Below, piece by piece: positions 11,886 through 24,817 of a stretch of DNA of 64,000 nt (position 1 is its first letter; each line of letters starts with the position of its first letter). The stretch is from NCBI RefSeq assembly GCF_018350175.1, contig NC_058368.1, forward strand, positions 203,858,001 through 203,922,000. Direction: 5' to 3'. Below the pieces are notes generated by a model, which made no database searches, had not been told where the DNA came from, and saw only the letters and a program-made list of their open reading frames with translations. Source of the DNA: Felis catus (taxonomy: Eukaryota). The position numbers and the translations under genes are program-made.

Positions 11886-13782
11886 TCTATAGTAAAAACT
11901 ATAAATCTCTTCCTCTAACATTGTCTTCTAGAATCTGTAAAAAATAAAAATAATACTAATAATCTAAAACTGTGTCCCACATATGTGCATTCTATGAGGA
12001 GTGGCTCTTGAATGTTGACGTGATCAAACCATACTAATGAATCATTACATTTAAGACTCTGGGCACCTTGAAAATACCATTATTAGGGCCACAGTGTATA
12101 CAACACCCTCTCCAAAAAAACCCTACAATTGTAAAGCCACACAACTGTGGGTCTCTTGGTCTCACTTTATATAGGACAAAAAGAGATACTTCATATGGGA
12201 GCCAATTACTACTATTGCCCTTTTTCAGGCTACCTGGTTTCTCCCAGAATTGGGGGAGGTATGTTGACCCTAAATTACATCACCACATGGTCTGCAGTGA
12301 AGTCTGGAACTTAAGTAGCCTGCTTAACATTTTTCCTCCTTTGAGATGTAGTCTCCTTCTTCCCCTCACTGCCAGCTGACTGTGCAAAGAGTGTATGGAT
12401 GTGGAAAGTGGGACACGAGCACAAGTCTGACAAACAGAACCAAACAGAGTTAATACCTCAGGCAAGAAAGGACGATACACTTGTTTAACTGGCTTTTATG
12501 TAACCATCGGGTGAGGGTTGATTTTTTGGCATTAATTCAAAATGACTATTTGGTCCAACTTAAAATTAAAAATTTCCAATTATATTCATACCAAGAAAAA
12601 AAGTTTTTTCAAAGTTTTGTAATAAGTGAATGAAATGTTTCTATCTCATCAGAGTTTCTATGAGCAAAACACTTAAAAATAAACATTACTATATTTTTTC
12701 TACCATCCTGCTAGTAGTGAAGCACATGTACCCATGGGTGGGTTTTTTTTAAAAAAAGTAGAAGATCAGAATAGAAAGAAGGATAAAGAGTTACCCAGGC
12801 AAACAAAGGTTAAAGGGGTTCATTATCACTAAACCAACCCTACAAGAAATTTTACAGGGGACTCTCTGAGTGGAACAGAAAAACCATAAGTAAGAGTAAG
12901 AAAAGTAGGAAGCACAACAAGCAGTAAAAATAGGTATATCTGTAAAAATCAGTCAGGGGATTCACAAAATGAAAGGATATAAAGTATGACACCATATACC
13001 TAAAACATGGAGAGTAGGGAATTAAAGAATGGGTTCAAACTTAAGCAACCATCAACTTATATTGCTATATGCATAAAATGTTATATACAAACCTAATGGT
13101 AACCACAAATCAAAATTTAAAACCAGTAGTAGATATGCAAAAACTAAAGAGAAATGAATTCAAGTATATCACTAAAGAAAGCCAACTACAGGGAGAAGAG
13201 AACAAGAAAGGTACAGAAAGATAAGATATGAAACAGATAAAGGAATAGAAAGATAAAGAAACAATCACAAAACAAGTAACAAAATGGCAATAAATACATA
13301 CCAGTCAATAATTACTTTGAATGTAAATGGACTAAATGTTCCAATCAAAAGACATAGGGTGACAGAATGGATTAAAAAAAAAACAAGACCCATCTATATG
13401 CTGTCTACAAGAGACTCCTTTTAGATCTAAAGACACATGCAGATTGAAATTGAGGGAATGGAGAAACATATCACGCAAATGGGAGTGTAAAGAATGCTGC
13501 AGTAGCAATACTTACATCGACAAAATAGACTTTAAAAAAAGGCCATAATAAGAGACAAAGAAAGACAGTATATAATTATAAGGGGATAGTCCATCAAGAA
13601 GACATAATAATTGTAAACATTTATGTACCCAACATGAGAGCACCTAAATACCTAAAAGAGTTCATAAAAAACATAAAGGAAATAATTGATAGTAATAAAT
13701 AATAGTAGGAGACTTTAACATTTCATTTACATCAATGAACCGATCATCTAAACAGAAAATCAACATAAAAGCAATGGCTTTT

Positions 13783-14016
13783 TAAAAATCTTTTAATGTT
13801 TATTATTTATTTCTGAGAGAGAGAGAGAGAGAGAAAGAGAAAGAAAGAGAACAAGTGGGGGAGGGGAAGAGAGGGAGAGAGACACAGAATCCAAAGCAGG
13901 CTCCAGGCTCTGAACTTTCAACACAGAGCCCAACACAGGGCTCAAACCCCCCAACTGTGAGATCATGACCTGAGCCAAAGTTGGATGCTTAACTGACTGA
14001 GCCACCCAGGTGTCCC
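13783..14016 (-). mobile_element. Can-SINE inside the L1 endonuclease region
   Basis: TSD AAGCAATGGCTTT / AAGCAAAGGCTTT; L1 resumes after it. Confidence 0.93.
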
Positions 14017-15635
14017 AGAAGCAAAGGCTTTGAGTGACATACTGGACCAGATGGATTTAATAGATACATTCAAAACATTCCATCCAGAACAGCAAAATAC
14101 ACATTCTTTTCAAGTGTACATGGGACATTCTCCAAAATAGTTCACATATTAGGCCACAAAACAAGTCTCAACAAATTTAAAAAGATAAAAGTTATACCAT
14201 GGATCTTTTCTGACTACAATGCTATGAAACTAGAAATCAATCACAAGAAAAAAAATCTGGAAAGAACACAAATACATGGAGGTTAAGTAACATGCTACTA
14301 AATAATGGGTCAACCAAGAAGCAAAGAAGAAATAAGAAAAATACACAGGGACAAAGGCAAATGAAAACACAATGATGCAAAATTTGGGGGATGCAGCAAA
14401 AGAGGTTTCTAAGAGGGAAATTTATAGCAAAACAGACCTACCTCATGAAGCAAGAAAAATCTCAAATAAACAACCTAACCTTATACCTAAAGGAGCTAGA
14501 AAAAGAAGAACAAACAAAACCCCAAACCAGCAGAAGGAAGGGAATAATAAAGATTAGAGCTGAAATAAATTATATAGAAACTTTGAAAAAACAGTAGAAC
14601 AGACCAATGAAATCAGAAGTTTGTTCTTTGAAAAGATCAACAAAATTGATAAACCTGTAGCCAGACTCCTCCAAAAAGAAAGGGACTCAAATAAACAAAA
14701 TCACATATGAAAGAGAAGAAACAAAAACCAACATCACAGAAATACAAAAGATTGTAAGCGAATATTATGAAAAATTCAACAACCTAGAAGAAACGGATAA
14801 ATTCCTAGAAACATAAAACCTACCAAAACTGAAGCAAGAAGAAATACAAAATTTGAACAGACCAACGACCAGCAATGAAACTGAATCAGTAATCAAAAAA
14901 CTCCCAACAAACAAAAGTCCAGGATCAGATGGCTTCACAAGTGAATTCTACCAAACATTTAAATTAGAGTTAACACCTATTTTTCTCAAACTTTCCCAAA
15001 AATCTGAAGAGAAAGGAAGCTTCCAAATTCATTCTATGAAGCCAGCATTACCCTTATTCCAAAACCTGATAAAGACACCAAAAAAAGAGAGAACTACAGG
15101 ACAGTATCTCTGATGCAAAACTCCTCAACAAAATACTAGCAAAATGAATCCAATAATACATTTAAAAAATTATGCATCACTATCAAAGTGGGATTTATTC
15201 CTGGGATGCAAGAGTGGTTCAATATTCACAAATTAATCATCGTGATACAGCACATCAATAAGAGAGATGGTAAGAACCATAAGATCATTTCAATAAATGC
15301 AGGAAAAGCATTCAACAAAGTACAACATCCATTCATGATTTTTAAAAACCTTCCACAAAGTAGGTTTAGAGGAAACATACCTCAACATAATAAAGGCCTT
15401 CTATGAAAAACCCACAGCTAACATCATACTCAGTGTGGAAAAACTGAGAGGTTTTCCCCTAAGATCAGGAATGAGGATGTCCACTCTCACTGCTTTTATT
15501 CAACATAGTACTGGAAGTCCTAGCCACAGCAATCAGACAAGAGAAAGGAATAAAAGGCATCCAAACTGGTAAGGAAGAAATAAAATTTCCACTATTTGCA
15601 GATGACATGATACTGTATATAGAAAACCCTAAACT

Positions 15636-15890
15636 AGGATGCCTAGGTGGCTCAGTCAGTTAAGTATCCAACTTCAGCTCAGGTCATGATCTCACAGCTC
15701 ATGGGTTCGAACCCTGAATCAGACTCCGTGCTTACAGCTCAGAGCCTGGAGTCTGCTTTGGATTCTGTGTCTCCCTCTCTCTCTGCCCCTCCCCCACTTG
15801 CACTCTGTCTCTGTCTCCGTCTCTGTCTCTCTCTCTCTCTGTCTCAAAAATAAATAAACATTAAAAAAATTAAAAAGGAAAGAGAAAAAT
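15636..15890 (+). mobile_element. Can-SINE inside L1 RT, just after the FADD motif
   Basis: TSD GAAAACCCTAAA (15622-15633) / GAAAACCCGAAA (15891-15902). Confidence 0.93.
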
Positions 15891-17407
15891 GAAAACCCGA
15901 AAGACTCCACCAAAAAACTAATGAAATTGATACACGAACTCAGTAAGGTCACAGGACACAAAATCAATGTACAGAAATCCATTGAATTTCTATACACTAG
16001 TAATGAAGCAGCAAAAAGAGAAATTTTTAAAAATCCCATTTACAATTACACCAAAATAATAAAATACCTAGGAGTGAACTTAACAAAAGAGGTCAAAGGC
16101 CTGTACCCTGAAAACTATAAAACACTGATGAAATAAACTGAAGATGACAAAGAAATGGAAAGACATTCCATGCTCTTGGATTGGAAGAACAAATATGGTT
16201 AAAATGCCTACACTACCCAAAGCAGTCCACAGATTTAATGCAAATACCAACAGCATTTTTCAGAGAACTAGAACAAACAATCCTAAAATTTGTATAGAAC
16301 CATAAAAGACCATGAAGAGCCAAAGCAATCTTGAAAAAGAAAAACAAAACTGGAGGTATCACAACTTCAGACTTCAAATTATACAAAGCTGTAGTAAACA
16401 AAACAGTATGGTATTGGCACAAAAATAGACTCATACATCAACAGAACAGAATAGAAAGCCCAGAAATAAACCCATGATTATATAGTCAATTAATCTTCAA
16501 CAAAGGAGGTAAGGATATACAATGGAAAAAAGACACTCCCTTCAACAAATAGTGTTGGGAAAACTGGATAGCTACATGCAAAAGAATAAAACTGGACTAC
16601 TTTCCACACACAAAAATCAACTCAGAATGGATTGATAACCTAAATGTGAGACCTGAAACCATAAATATCTCAGAAGAGGGCACAGGCACTAATTTCTCTG
16701 ACATAAGGCATAACATCTTTCTAGATATGTCTCCTGAGCCAAGGGAAACAAAAGCAAAAATAAACTATTGGGAATACATCAAAATAAAAAGCTTCCACAC
16801 AGCAAAGGAAGCAACCAACAAAACTAGAAGACAACCTATGGGATGGGAGAAGATATCTGCAAATGACATATCTGATTAAGGGTTTGTACCCAAAATATAG
16901 AAAGAACTTAAACAACTCAACACCAAAAAAACAAATAATCCAATTTAAAAATGGGCAGAAGACATTAACAGACATTTCTCCAAAAAATACACACAGATGG
17001 CCAACAGACACAAGAAAAGATGCTCAGCAACACCCCTCATCAGGGAAATGCAAATCAAAACTACAATAAAATATCACTTCATATCTGTCAGAATGGCTAA
17101 AATCAAAAACACAAGGAACAGCAAACATTGGCAACGAACACTTTTGCACTGTTGGTAGGAATGCAAACCGGTGCAGCCACTGTAGAAGACATTATGGAGG
17201 TTCCTCAAAAAATTACAAATAGAACCACCCTATGATCCAATAACTGCACTACTGGGTATTTAACCAAAGAATACAAAAACAGTAATTCGAAGGGATATAT
17301 GCACCCCTATGTTTATTGCAGCATTTATAATCGCCAAATTATGGAAGCAGCCTAAATGTCCATCAAAAGATTGATGGATAAATAAAATGCAGTATATATA
17401 TACAATG

Positions 17408-17997
17408 ATCATTCCTTTTTAAAGCTAACTAATATCCCATTGTAGGTATGTATCACGTTTTGTGTATCCATTCACCTGTCAATGGACATTTGGGTTATTT
17501 CCATGTTTTGGCTTTTATGAATAATGCTGCTACAAACACTGGTGTACAAGTACCTGTTTGAGTCCCTACTTTCACTTTATTGGGTAGATACCAAGACGTG
17601 GAGTTGCTGGATTACATGGTACATTTTTGAGGAACCAGCAAACTGTTTTCCATAGTGGCTGCACCATTTTATATTCCCACCTGCAGCAATATACAAGGGT
17701 TCCAATTTCTCTTCCTCCTTGATATTGTGTGTGTGTGTGTGTTCTCCATCCTAACGGGTGTGAAGTGATATTTTATTGTGGTTTTAATTTGAATTCCCCT
17801 AATGGTTGGTGATGCTGAACATCTTTTCGTGTGCTTATTGGCCATTTGTATATCTCTTTGAGAGAAACATCCATTCAAGTCCTTGCTCATTTTGAATTAG
17901 GATTATGTTTTTCTATTGTTGAGTTGTAGTAGTTCTTTATATATTCCAAATATTTCCTTATCATATATATGCTCTGCAAATATTTTCTCCCATTCCC
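17408..17997 (-). mobile_element. Older L1 (L1M-type) ORF2 3' fragment, antisense
   Basis: ORF 17669-17890(-) [47 protein letters not shown] is L1 ORF2 C-terminal sequence. Confidence 0.9.
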
Positions 17998-17999
17998 AG

Positions 18000-18490
18000 C
18001 AAGTGCTTTTTAAATCTTGATACAAATGCCGAGAAAATTTCCATATTTCAAAATCCATTTAACCCCACAACTGAGGAGCTTCCACCTTGTTCTTCAACTG
18101 GAAGTAACTGATCAGCAATTTAATGACATGCTAAAGGAAAAATATCAAAATAAGAATCTAATACTTCTTGCAATGCCTAGCAAATGAGGAATATGTAAAA
18201 TAATATTGCATACTCAGAGGGTAGGGTACACTAACTTTAAATCCCAATTAAAAGCAGTGTTGTCCCACACCAAAAACTTTCATTTAGTAACTAATATATA
18301 TGTATTATAAAAATTGTAGTTGATTATGATTATTCTATTTTGAATTTCATCAATAAAAATTTGTGGAAATTTGTTTCTCTCTTTTTGCACAAGTACCTAT
18401 GTTATACACTTGATTTTGCCTCTTGGCCTGCAAAGTCTAAAATATTTGCTCTATGGCCCTTTACAGAAAAAAGTTTGTTAACTCCCATCA
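18000..18490 (+). mobile_element. hAT-Charlie (Cheshire/MER58-related) fossil with transposase C-terminal remnant
   Basis: 18034-18163 translates with one frameshift to KISIFQNPFNPTTEELPP/LQLEVTDQQFNDMLKEKYQNKNLI; ends in a MER58-like TGGCCTGCAAAGTCTAAAATATTTGCTCTATGGCCCTTTACAGAAAAAAGTTTG. Confidence 0.7.
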
Positions 18491-18494
18491 TAAT

Positions 18495-18985
18495 AGATTT
18501 ATTACAGGAATTAGTCCTTACATAATTGTAGAAAGGATTGAGAGAAGTTGGATGATCAGAGAAGAATGATCAGTTAATCTGAGAAATCAAACATGTTCAG
18601 ATACTAAAATCATATTGCAAAACGAAGGCAAAAGTATGTAGGGAAGAGGGAACAGTGCTTCTGTGTAGATTCCACCTCCGTGGTTCCACACCAAGTATCT
18701 GGTGGTGTGTCTGAGCCATTATTAGTCAACAGTGTCAGTACTTGGGAAGAGGAACTAGATACGGAGTGGAAGAGAGCAAGACAGTTTGGACCCCATGGGT
18801 ACCTCTAAGTCCTTTACTACATCTAACCATGTAACCTTCAGAAAAGAAGCTGCTTGCTCTCTTCTGACTTCCAAGTCTCATGCAGATTCCTCTTTTAGCC
18901 AATTCTAACTCAGCACCATATAGTTCAAAGGATTCTGGGGAAATTTTTCCAGCTTAATCAAATGACATATATAAACCACTATGTT
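18495..18985 (-). mobile_element. Possible old ERVL-type LTR fragment
   Basis: Weak resemblance only (GATTTATTACAGGAATTAG...GGATTCTGGGGAAATTTTTCCAGCTT). Confidence 0.3.
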
Positions 18986-19904
18986 GAATGAATAAACAGA
19001 TGGAGAGTGATCTCAGTTTCAGTTAGATTATTTGGGCTGAGTTAATACCCAGACCTCCTTGAGTCAGCTTTTTTAATTTTACTGTTTTTTATGGAATAAA
19101 TATTTTCCTTTAAAATCAACTTTTTCAAGACTTAAGCAGTAAAATGAACTAATTTCACATATATATTTAGATGAGTTTGACCAATGCATAGGCCCATGTA
19201 ACTACCACTCCACTCAAAATATATAACGCTATTATTCCAACTTTTTTTCTCAAGTTCTTTGTAGCCAATCACTACTCCACTAGACCTAGACAACTACTGA
19301 TCTGCTTTATGGCATTACAGATTAGATTTGCTTCTTTTATAGTTTCATTAAAATAGAATCATACACTATGTACTCTTTTCTCTTTACTTTTACTAAGCAT
19401 TTTGTATTTGAGATTAATCCATTATGTTTATCATTAGTTTGTTTTATGACTGAATAATATTCCATTGTTTGAATAGATCACCTTTTATCTATCCAATCAC
19501 ATGTTGCTGAACATTTAGATTGTTTCCAGATTTGTGCAACTATGAATAAAGCTGCTATAATATTTGTGCTCAAGTCTCTTGGTAGACACATGCTTTAATT
19601 TCTCCTGGTAAATATCTAGGAGTAGAATGTTTCTTTTATATGGTAAATATTTAACCTTATAAGAAACTGCCAAAATGTTCTTCAAGTGAATGTACCATTC
19701 TAAATTTCATCATCAATGTATGAGAGGTCTAGTGTTCCACTTCCTTGCCAACACTTGTTATTACTTTTTAATTTTAACTTTCTAATGAGCGTGTAATGTT
19801 AGCTCACCGTAATTTTAATGTCCATTTTCCTGATGACCAGTGATAATGAGGCATCTTTTCATATGGGTATTGGCTATTAGTACATCTTCTCTAATAAAGA
19901 GTTT

Positions 19905-20075
19905 AACCATAAGAGACTCTTAACTATAGAAAACAAACTAAGGGTTGCTGGAGGGGAGATGGGTGGGAGGATGGGCTAAATGAGCATTAACGAGGGCATT
20001 TGTTGTGATGAGCACTGGGTGTTATACATAACGGATGAATCACTAATTTCTACTCCTAAAACCAATAAATAAAAA
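19905..20075 (+). mobile_element. Carnivore L1 3'-end fragment
   Basis: CCATAAGAGACTCTTAACTATAGAAAACAAACTAAGGGTTGCTGGAGGGG...GATGAATCACTAATTTCTACTCCT. Confidence 0.8.
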
Positions 20076-20180
20076 CAGTGTACGTCTTTTGCTAAATTAA
20101 AAATATACTGTCTTTTTATTATTAAACTCTAAGAGCTCTTTTTGTTTTCTGGGTACATGTTCTTTGTCAGAAAAACTGGA

Positions 20181-20410
20181 GGGGCACATGGGTGGCCCAG
20201 GTGATTTAAGCAATCCAACTTCGACTCACGTCATGACCTCATGGTTTGTGAGTTTGAGCCCCACATTGGGATCTGCATTGACGTGTGGAGCCTGTTTGGG
20301 ATTCTCTCTCTCCCTCTCTATGCCCCTCCCCAACTTGTGCTTTCTCTCCCCCCACCTTCTCTCTCTCTCTCTCAAAATAAATAAATAAGCTTTTAAAAAA
20401 TTTTTTTAAA
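20181..20410 (+). mobile_element. Can-SINE (older)
   Basis: TSD AGAAAAACTGGA (20169-20180) / AGAAATACTGGA (20411-20422). Confidence 0.9.
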
Positions 20411-20463
20411 AGAAATACTGGAAATATTTTTTCCCAGTCCATGGCTTGTCTTTTCATTTTCTT

Positions 20464-20680
20464 TTTTAAATTTTTTTAATGTCTACTTATTTTTGAGAGA
20501 GACAGAGACAGAATGCAAGTGGGTTAGGGGCAGAGAGAGAGGAGACACAGAACCCGAAGCAGGCTCCAGGCTCTGAGCTGTTAGCACAGAGCCCGACGTG
20601 GGGCTCAAACTCACAAGCTGTGAGATCATGACCTGAGCTGAAGTCTCACACTCAACCGACTGAGCCACCCAGGCGCCCAC
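20464..20680 (-). mobile_element. Can-SINE
   Basis: Perfect TSD TGTCTTTTCATTTTCTT at 20447-20463 and 20681-20697. Confidence 0.93.
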
Positions 20681-20768
20681 TGTCTTTTCATTTTCTTGAC
20701 GGCATACATTGAAGAAATGAGTTTTCAATTTGATAAAATCCAATTTACTGCTTTTTTTCTTTATGGTT

Positions 20769-20771
<3 letters not shown>

Positions 20772-20815
<44 letters not shown>
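20772..20815. repeat. (TG)n microsatellite
   Basis: About 22 perfect units. Confidence 0.95.
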
Positions 20816-20817
<2 letters not shown>

Positions 20818-21321
20818 GTTTCATTTAAGAAATCTTTAAGGTTCAAAAATATTTTCACTTATGTTTTTTTTTTTTCACTTATGCTTAACCAACTGAACCA
20901 GCCAGGTGCCCCACACTTAGGAGGTTTTTTTAGAAGTTTTATAGTTTGGACTTTTACGCTTAGGTCTATGATTATTTTTTAATACAATTTTTGTGTATGG
21001 TGTGAGGTAAGAGTCAAGATTCTTTTCTTTTTACTATGGATATCATTTGTTTCAGTATTAGTTGTTGAAAAGACTATCTTTCCCCCCCCCACTGAATTAT
21101 ATTCCATGGGCATCTCTTTTGAAAATCTGTCAGTCATGTATTTGTAGGTCTATTTCTGAACTCCATTCTGTTTAATGATCTGTATATGTATTCACTGCTC
21201 TGATATTACATGCCAATATTGCATTACTCTGATTACTGTAGCTTTACAGTCAAGTTTTGAAATGAGGTAAACACTCAACTTTGTTCTTTTTCAAAAATAC
21301 TTTGATTAATGTTGGTTCATT

Positions 21322-21529
21322 TTATTTTTTTAATGTTTATTTATTTATCTTTGAGAGAGAGAACACAAGTGGGGGAGTGGCAGAGAGAGAGGGAGACACA
21401 AAACTGAAGCAGGCTCCAGGTTCTGAGCTGTCAGAGCAGAGCCCGATGCAGAATTTGAACCCATGAACCGAGAGATCATAACCTGAGCCAAAGTCAGATG
21501 CTTAACTGACTGAGCCAGCCAGGTGCCCC
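21322..21529 (-). mobile_element. Can-SINE
   Basis: Head ...TGAGCCAGCCAGGTGCCCC; flanks CATTTTATTT on both sides. Confidence 0.9.
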
Positions 21530-23259
21530 ACATTTTATTTCTACTTAAATTTTAGAAATAACTTTAAATTGCTATTTAAAAGATAAAAACAACTAAAACT
21601 AATAACCAAAATACACAAAAAAAAAAACCAAAAAACTCCAAACCTTCCTGAAATTTTGAATGAGATTGTGCTGAATCTATAGGTCAGTTTGTGAACCTTA
21701 ACAATCTTCAATATCTCAATTCATGAGCATGGTATATCTTTCCATTTATTTAGGTGTTAAGTTCTCTCAGCAATGTTTTGTAGCTTTCAATGTGCAGTTC
21801 TTGTACGTGTTTTCTTAAATTTATCCTTAAATATTTTAGGCTTTTAGGTGCTATTATAATTTATTTACATATGTATAATATATAAGAATATATGATGTAT
21901 GTAAAATATAACATATATTGAATGTATATATATTCAAATTTTATTTCTTCATCTTTGTTTGTATATGAAAATATAATTTTTTCTAGACTGACCATGAATA
22001 CATGCCACCTTGCTGACTTATTAGTACCAACAGCTCTTTTGTGAATTCCTGGTAATTTTTGATGTACAATAACATGTTATCTCTGAATAGAGACATTTAC
22101 TATTAACTATTAAATGCAAATATTCAAACCATTTATTTTTAATCTAATTTTTATATTGTTGGGTTTAAATATACTGTTTTCTTCTTTTTTCTTTTGTTCT
22201 GTTGTTTGTTCTTTTGTCTTTTTCTCCTTTATTGTCTTTTTACAGATTAAGTGTACTTCTGGTGTTCCATTTTATGTTCTCTATTGCCTTACTTAGCTAT
22301 ATACCTCTTTGTTTTATTAACTTAGTAGTTACTCTGGGGTTTACAGTCTGCATTTTTAAGTTACCACAGTTTTCCAAATAGTATTTTACTACTTTTAGTA
22401 GTATTCTACTACTTACCTCTTTTAACCTTATATTTCATTTAGCCATTTTTATCATTTTAATTAAAAGAATTAAACTCTTCATTCTCTTTTTAAAATGAAT
22501 TGCTCAACCTTGTAATATTTTGCTTTTCTTTCACTATTTGTCTTTGGGTATGTTTCCTATATACACAATCACCTCATGATGTGGGTCTCTGTATTTTTCA
22601 GGATGAGTCACCATCATTCCTACCAGGCTTTATCTAATCTCTTCCTGAAGCACTGCAGATGTTAACTTGACCATCTTCTTTAGCAAGTTTATTTCAAAGA
22701 TCATCTGGTCATAATGTGGAGAAGAGGTATGCTATTGTATTTACTCCTTTTTAGACAGAGGGTATCTACCCATTTTTATATTATTTGTCTGCTCATGTGA
22801 TTACCAACAAAGCTGCTACTGATGGGGAGACTCTTGAACAGTGGGCTGTTTTTCTTAAATTGATCCCTGAGGAACCTTGAAGGTTTCTCAAACTCTTCTG
22901 ATATTGGACATGGCGCTACAATATTAGCTTTACCATATTCACTTCTGATTCAAGAAAACCCTTCAGCTGATATAGTCTTCAAAACAAAATGCCCCCATTC
23001 TCTTACAAGGTATCAAGACAGAGGCTTTTTCTGTTTTAATTTTACTGTACTTTGCTGTTATGTTAATGGTGGTAATTTGGAAGAAGATAATGCTGAGTTA
23101 AATAGTTCAACATTATTGGAAAGTTGTTTTCCCTATAGAACTAACCTTTGCATATTTCTATATCACGTATCCATTTCATCATATGGTAAATAATTAACCT
23201 GCGTAGTATTTTTGTATTACTGGATTTAGATTTTAACACATTAGCTAGGTAACCACAGA

Positions 23260-23430
23260 ATGTAACTTAAATCCTCTGTGCCTTACTTCTTTCATCTCTA
23301 CAATGGTGGTGATGGTAACACCTAACCCATCACGTTGTTCTGAAGATTAAACAAATTTGTACATGTAATGTGTTTGGAAGAGTGCCTGACCTACAGTTAC
23401 CATTCAACATGTGTTAACTGTTATTATCTA
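23260..23430 (+). mobile_element. MIR
   Basis: CTTAAATCCTCTGTGCCTTACTTCTTTCATCTCTACAATGG...GAAGATTAAA...GAGTGCCTGAC. Confidence 0.6.
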
Positions 23431-24739
23431 CGTATTACTATTTAGGAAATATTATATAGTCAGCAAGAAAGAGAAAATCGAAACAAAAGAAGCCTAACCT
23501 ACTGAGTTAAGAGAATAAAAAGAATCAATAAAGGAATTTTGTGGGGTATTTACCAGTAAGGACAGGAAATAAAAATGTATGATTGTTCTGCTTAATGGAG
23601 AAAGTCTGTCACAATACTTTTTAAATGACAGTAACAACAACAACAATAGCAACCTAAAACCAAATAATCCCTTTGGGAAGCTCAAGTTATTAATAGTTGA
23701 AAGTCAATTTGTATTTTCTTTTTGAAACAACCCCTTTACAAATATTTGATGTTCACTTATTTTCATTAGTTACACAATTTGACATTTATTTGCTTTTACA
23801 AACAACAGGAAAACAAGTTCTATTCAGTTTATACTTATCTCAGTCCCACATCAGTTCTTTCCCATTTTCCTTTATTGGGAGTTTATAGTAAACTCATCAA
23901 AAATCTTTATTGGTTTGCCACCACTTGTATTATTACATTTGGTTTTATTTTTCATATAATGAGAGTTTTTGGCTACACATTCAAATTCATTTGTTATAGT
24001 AAATTTCCTCTTGTCTAGAGGATGTCTTTGTAGGTTTTATAATGTTAACCTTTCATGATGAAGATGGTGTAAACTTCCTCTCTTCTCTAGCAAATAAGAC
24101 ATAGGCTTAGTCTGAGACAGCCCAGTATAATAACCAGATGGTTGATATGGTCTACTTGAATTTAATATTTGCATTTAATACACTGAAATTGTTTGCTTGG
24201 AGGTATGATTGGCAGATTTTTGCTTAAGAATTATTAGCCATATTATAGGAACACTTATAGAGTATACTACAAATTAAGTATCTACCTATAAATTTACCAT
24301 ATAGTTTCAGAGGCTGTATTTGATCACTGGTTTATTCTCACTACTCTCATGTATGCATTTTTATACCTCTATAAATTCCAGAAAGGTTTTGAGGATGCTA
24401 GTTGCTTGAATAGATATAAATATGATGGAATCATGCAAAAATGGATTGAAGAATATAAAATATTGAATTGGACATTTTAAAATGCTAAAAAAAAAACTTT
24501 GTTGAAAGTAATTACTCCATTGAAGCATTCAGGTCAGCTTTTAGCTTCCTAATAAATGAGGCATAAAGGTATTCAAGAGAGACAAATATTTTTCTTATGA
24601 CATATTCTAAGAGGAATTTACTACATGGAATTATTTAGAGGCATTGATATCAGCAGCAATTTTGCTGAAGACAGAAATATTCAACATATTGATACATAAT
24701 ATTCAAACATCTCTTCCCACCTCCTGCTTGTTTGATAAA

Positions 24740-24773
24740 GTTTTAATGGAATCTAACCTATATACAGAAAAAG

Positions 24774-24817
<44 letters not shown>

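Larger units (their letters stand above)
12770..17407 (+). mobile_element. Decayed carnivore LINE-1 (ORF1 C-terminus, spacer, nearly all of ORF2); 5'-truncated and lacking 3'UTR/polyA
   Basis: ORF1-end-like coding at ~12780-12860; ORF2 motifs throughout; two SINE insertions; many stops and frameshifts. Confidence 0.95.
13284..17407 (+). pseudogene. Disrupted L1 ORF2 (endonuclease, reverse transcriptase, C-terminal cysteine-rich domain)
   Basis: ATG 13284 gives MAINTYQSIITLNVNGLNVPIKRHR (EN); [41 protein letters not shown] at 15592-15630; degenerate HCW*ECK near 17147. Confidence 0.93.
19110..22110 (-). mobile_element. Ancient L1M (L1ME/MD-like) 3' region carrying several younger insertions
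   Basis: Antisense L1M motifs (GATGAGTTTGACCAATGCATAGGCCCATGTAACTACCAC, TATGAATAAAGCTGCTATAA, TTGTTGAAAAGACTATCTTTCCCC). Confidence 0.75.

Noticed and set aside
14372..17069. Reverse transcriptase/endonuclease ORF fragments as a novel RT system
   Set aside because: They are ordinary LINE-1 ORF2 pieces with many stops, frameshifts and two SINE insertions.
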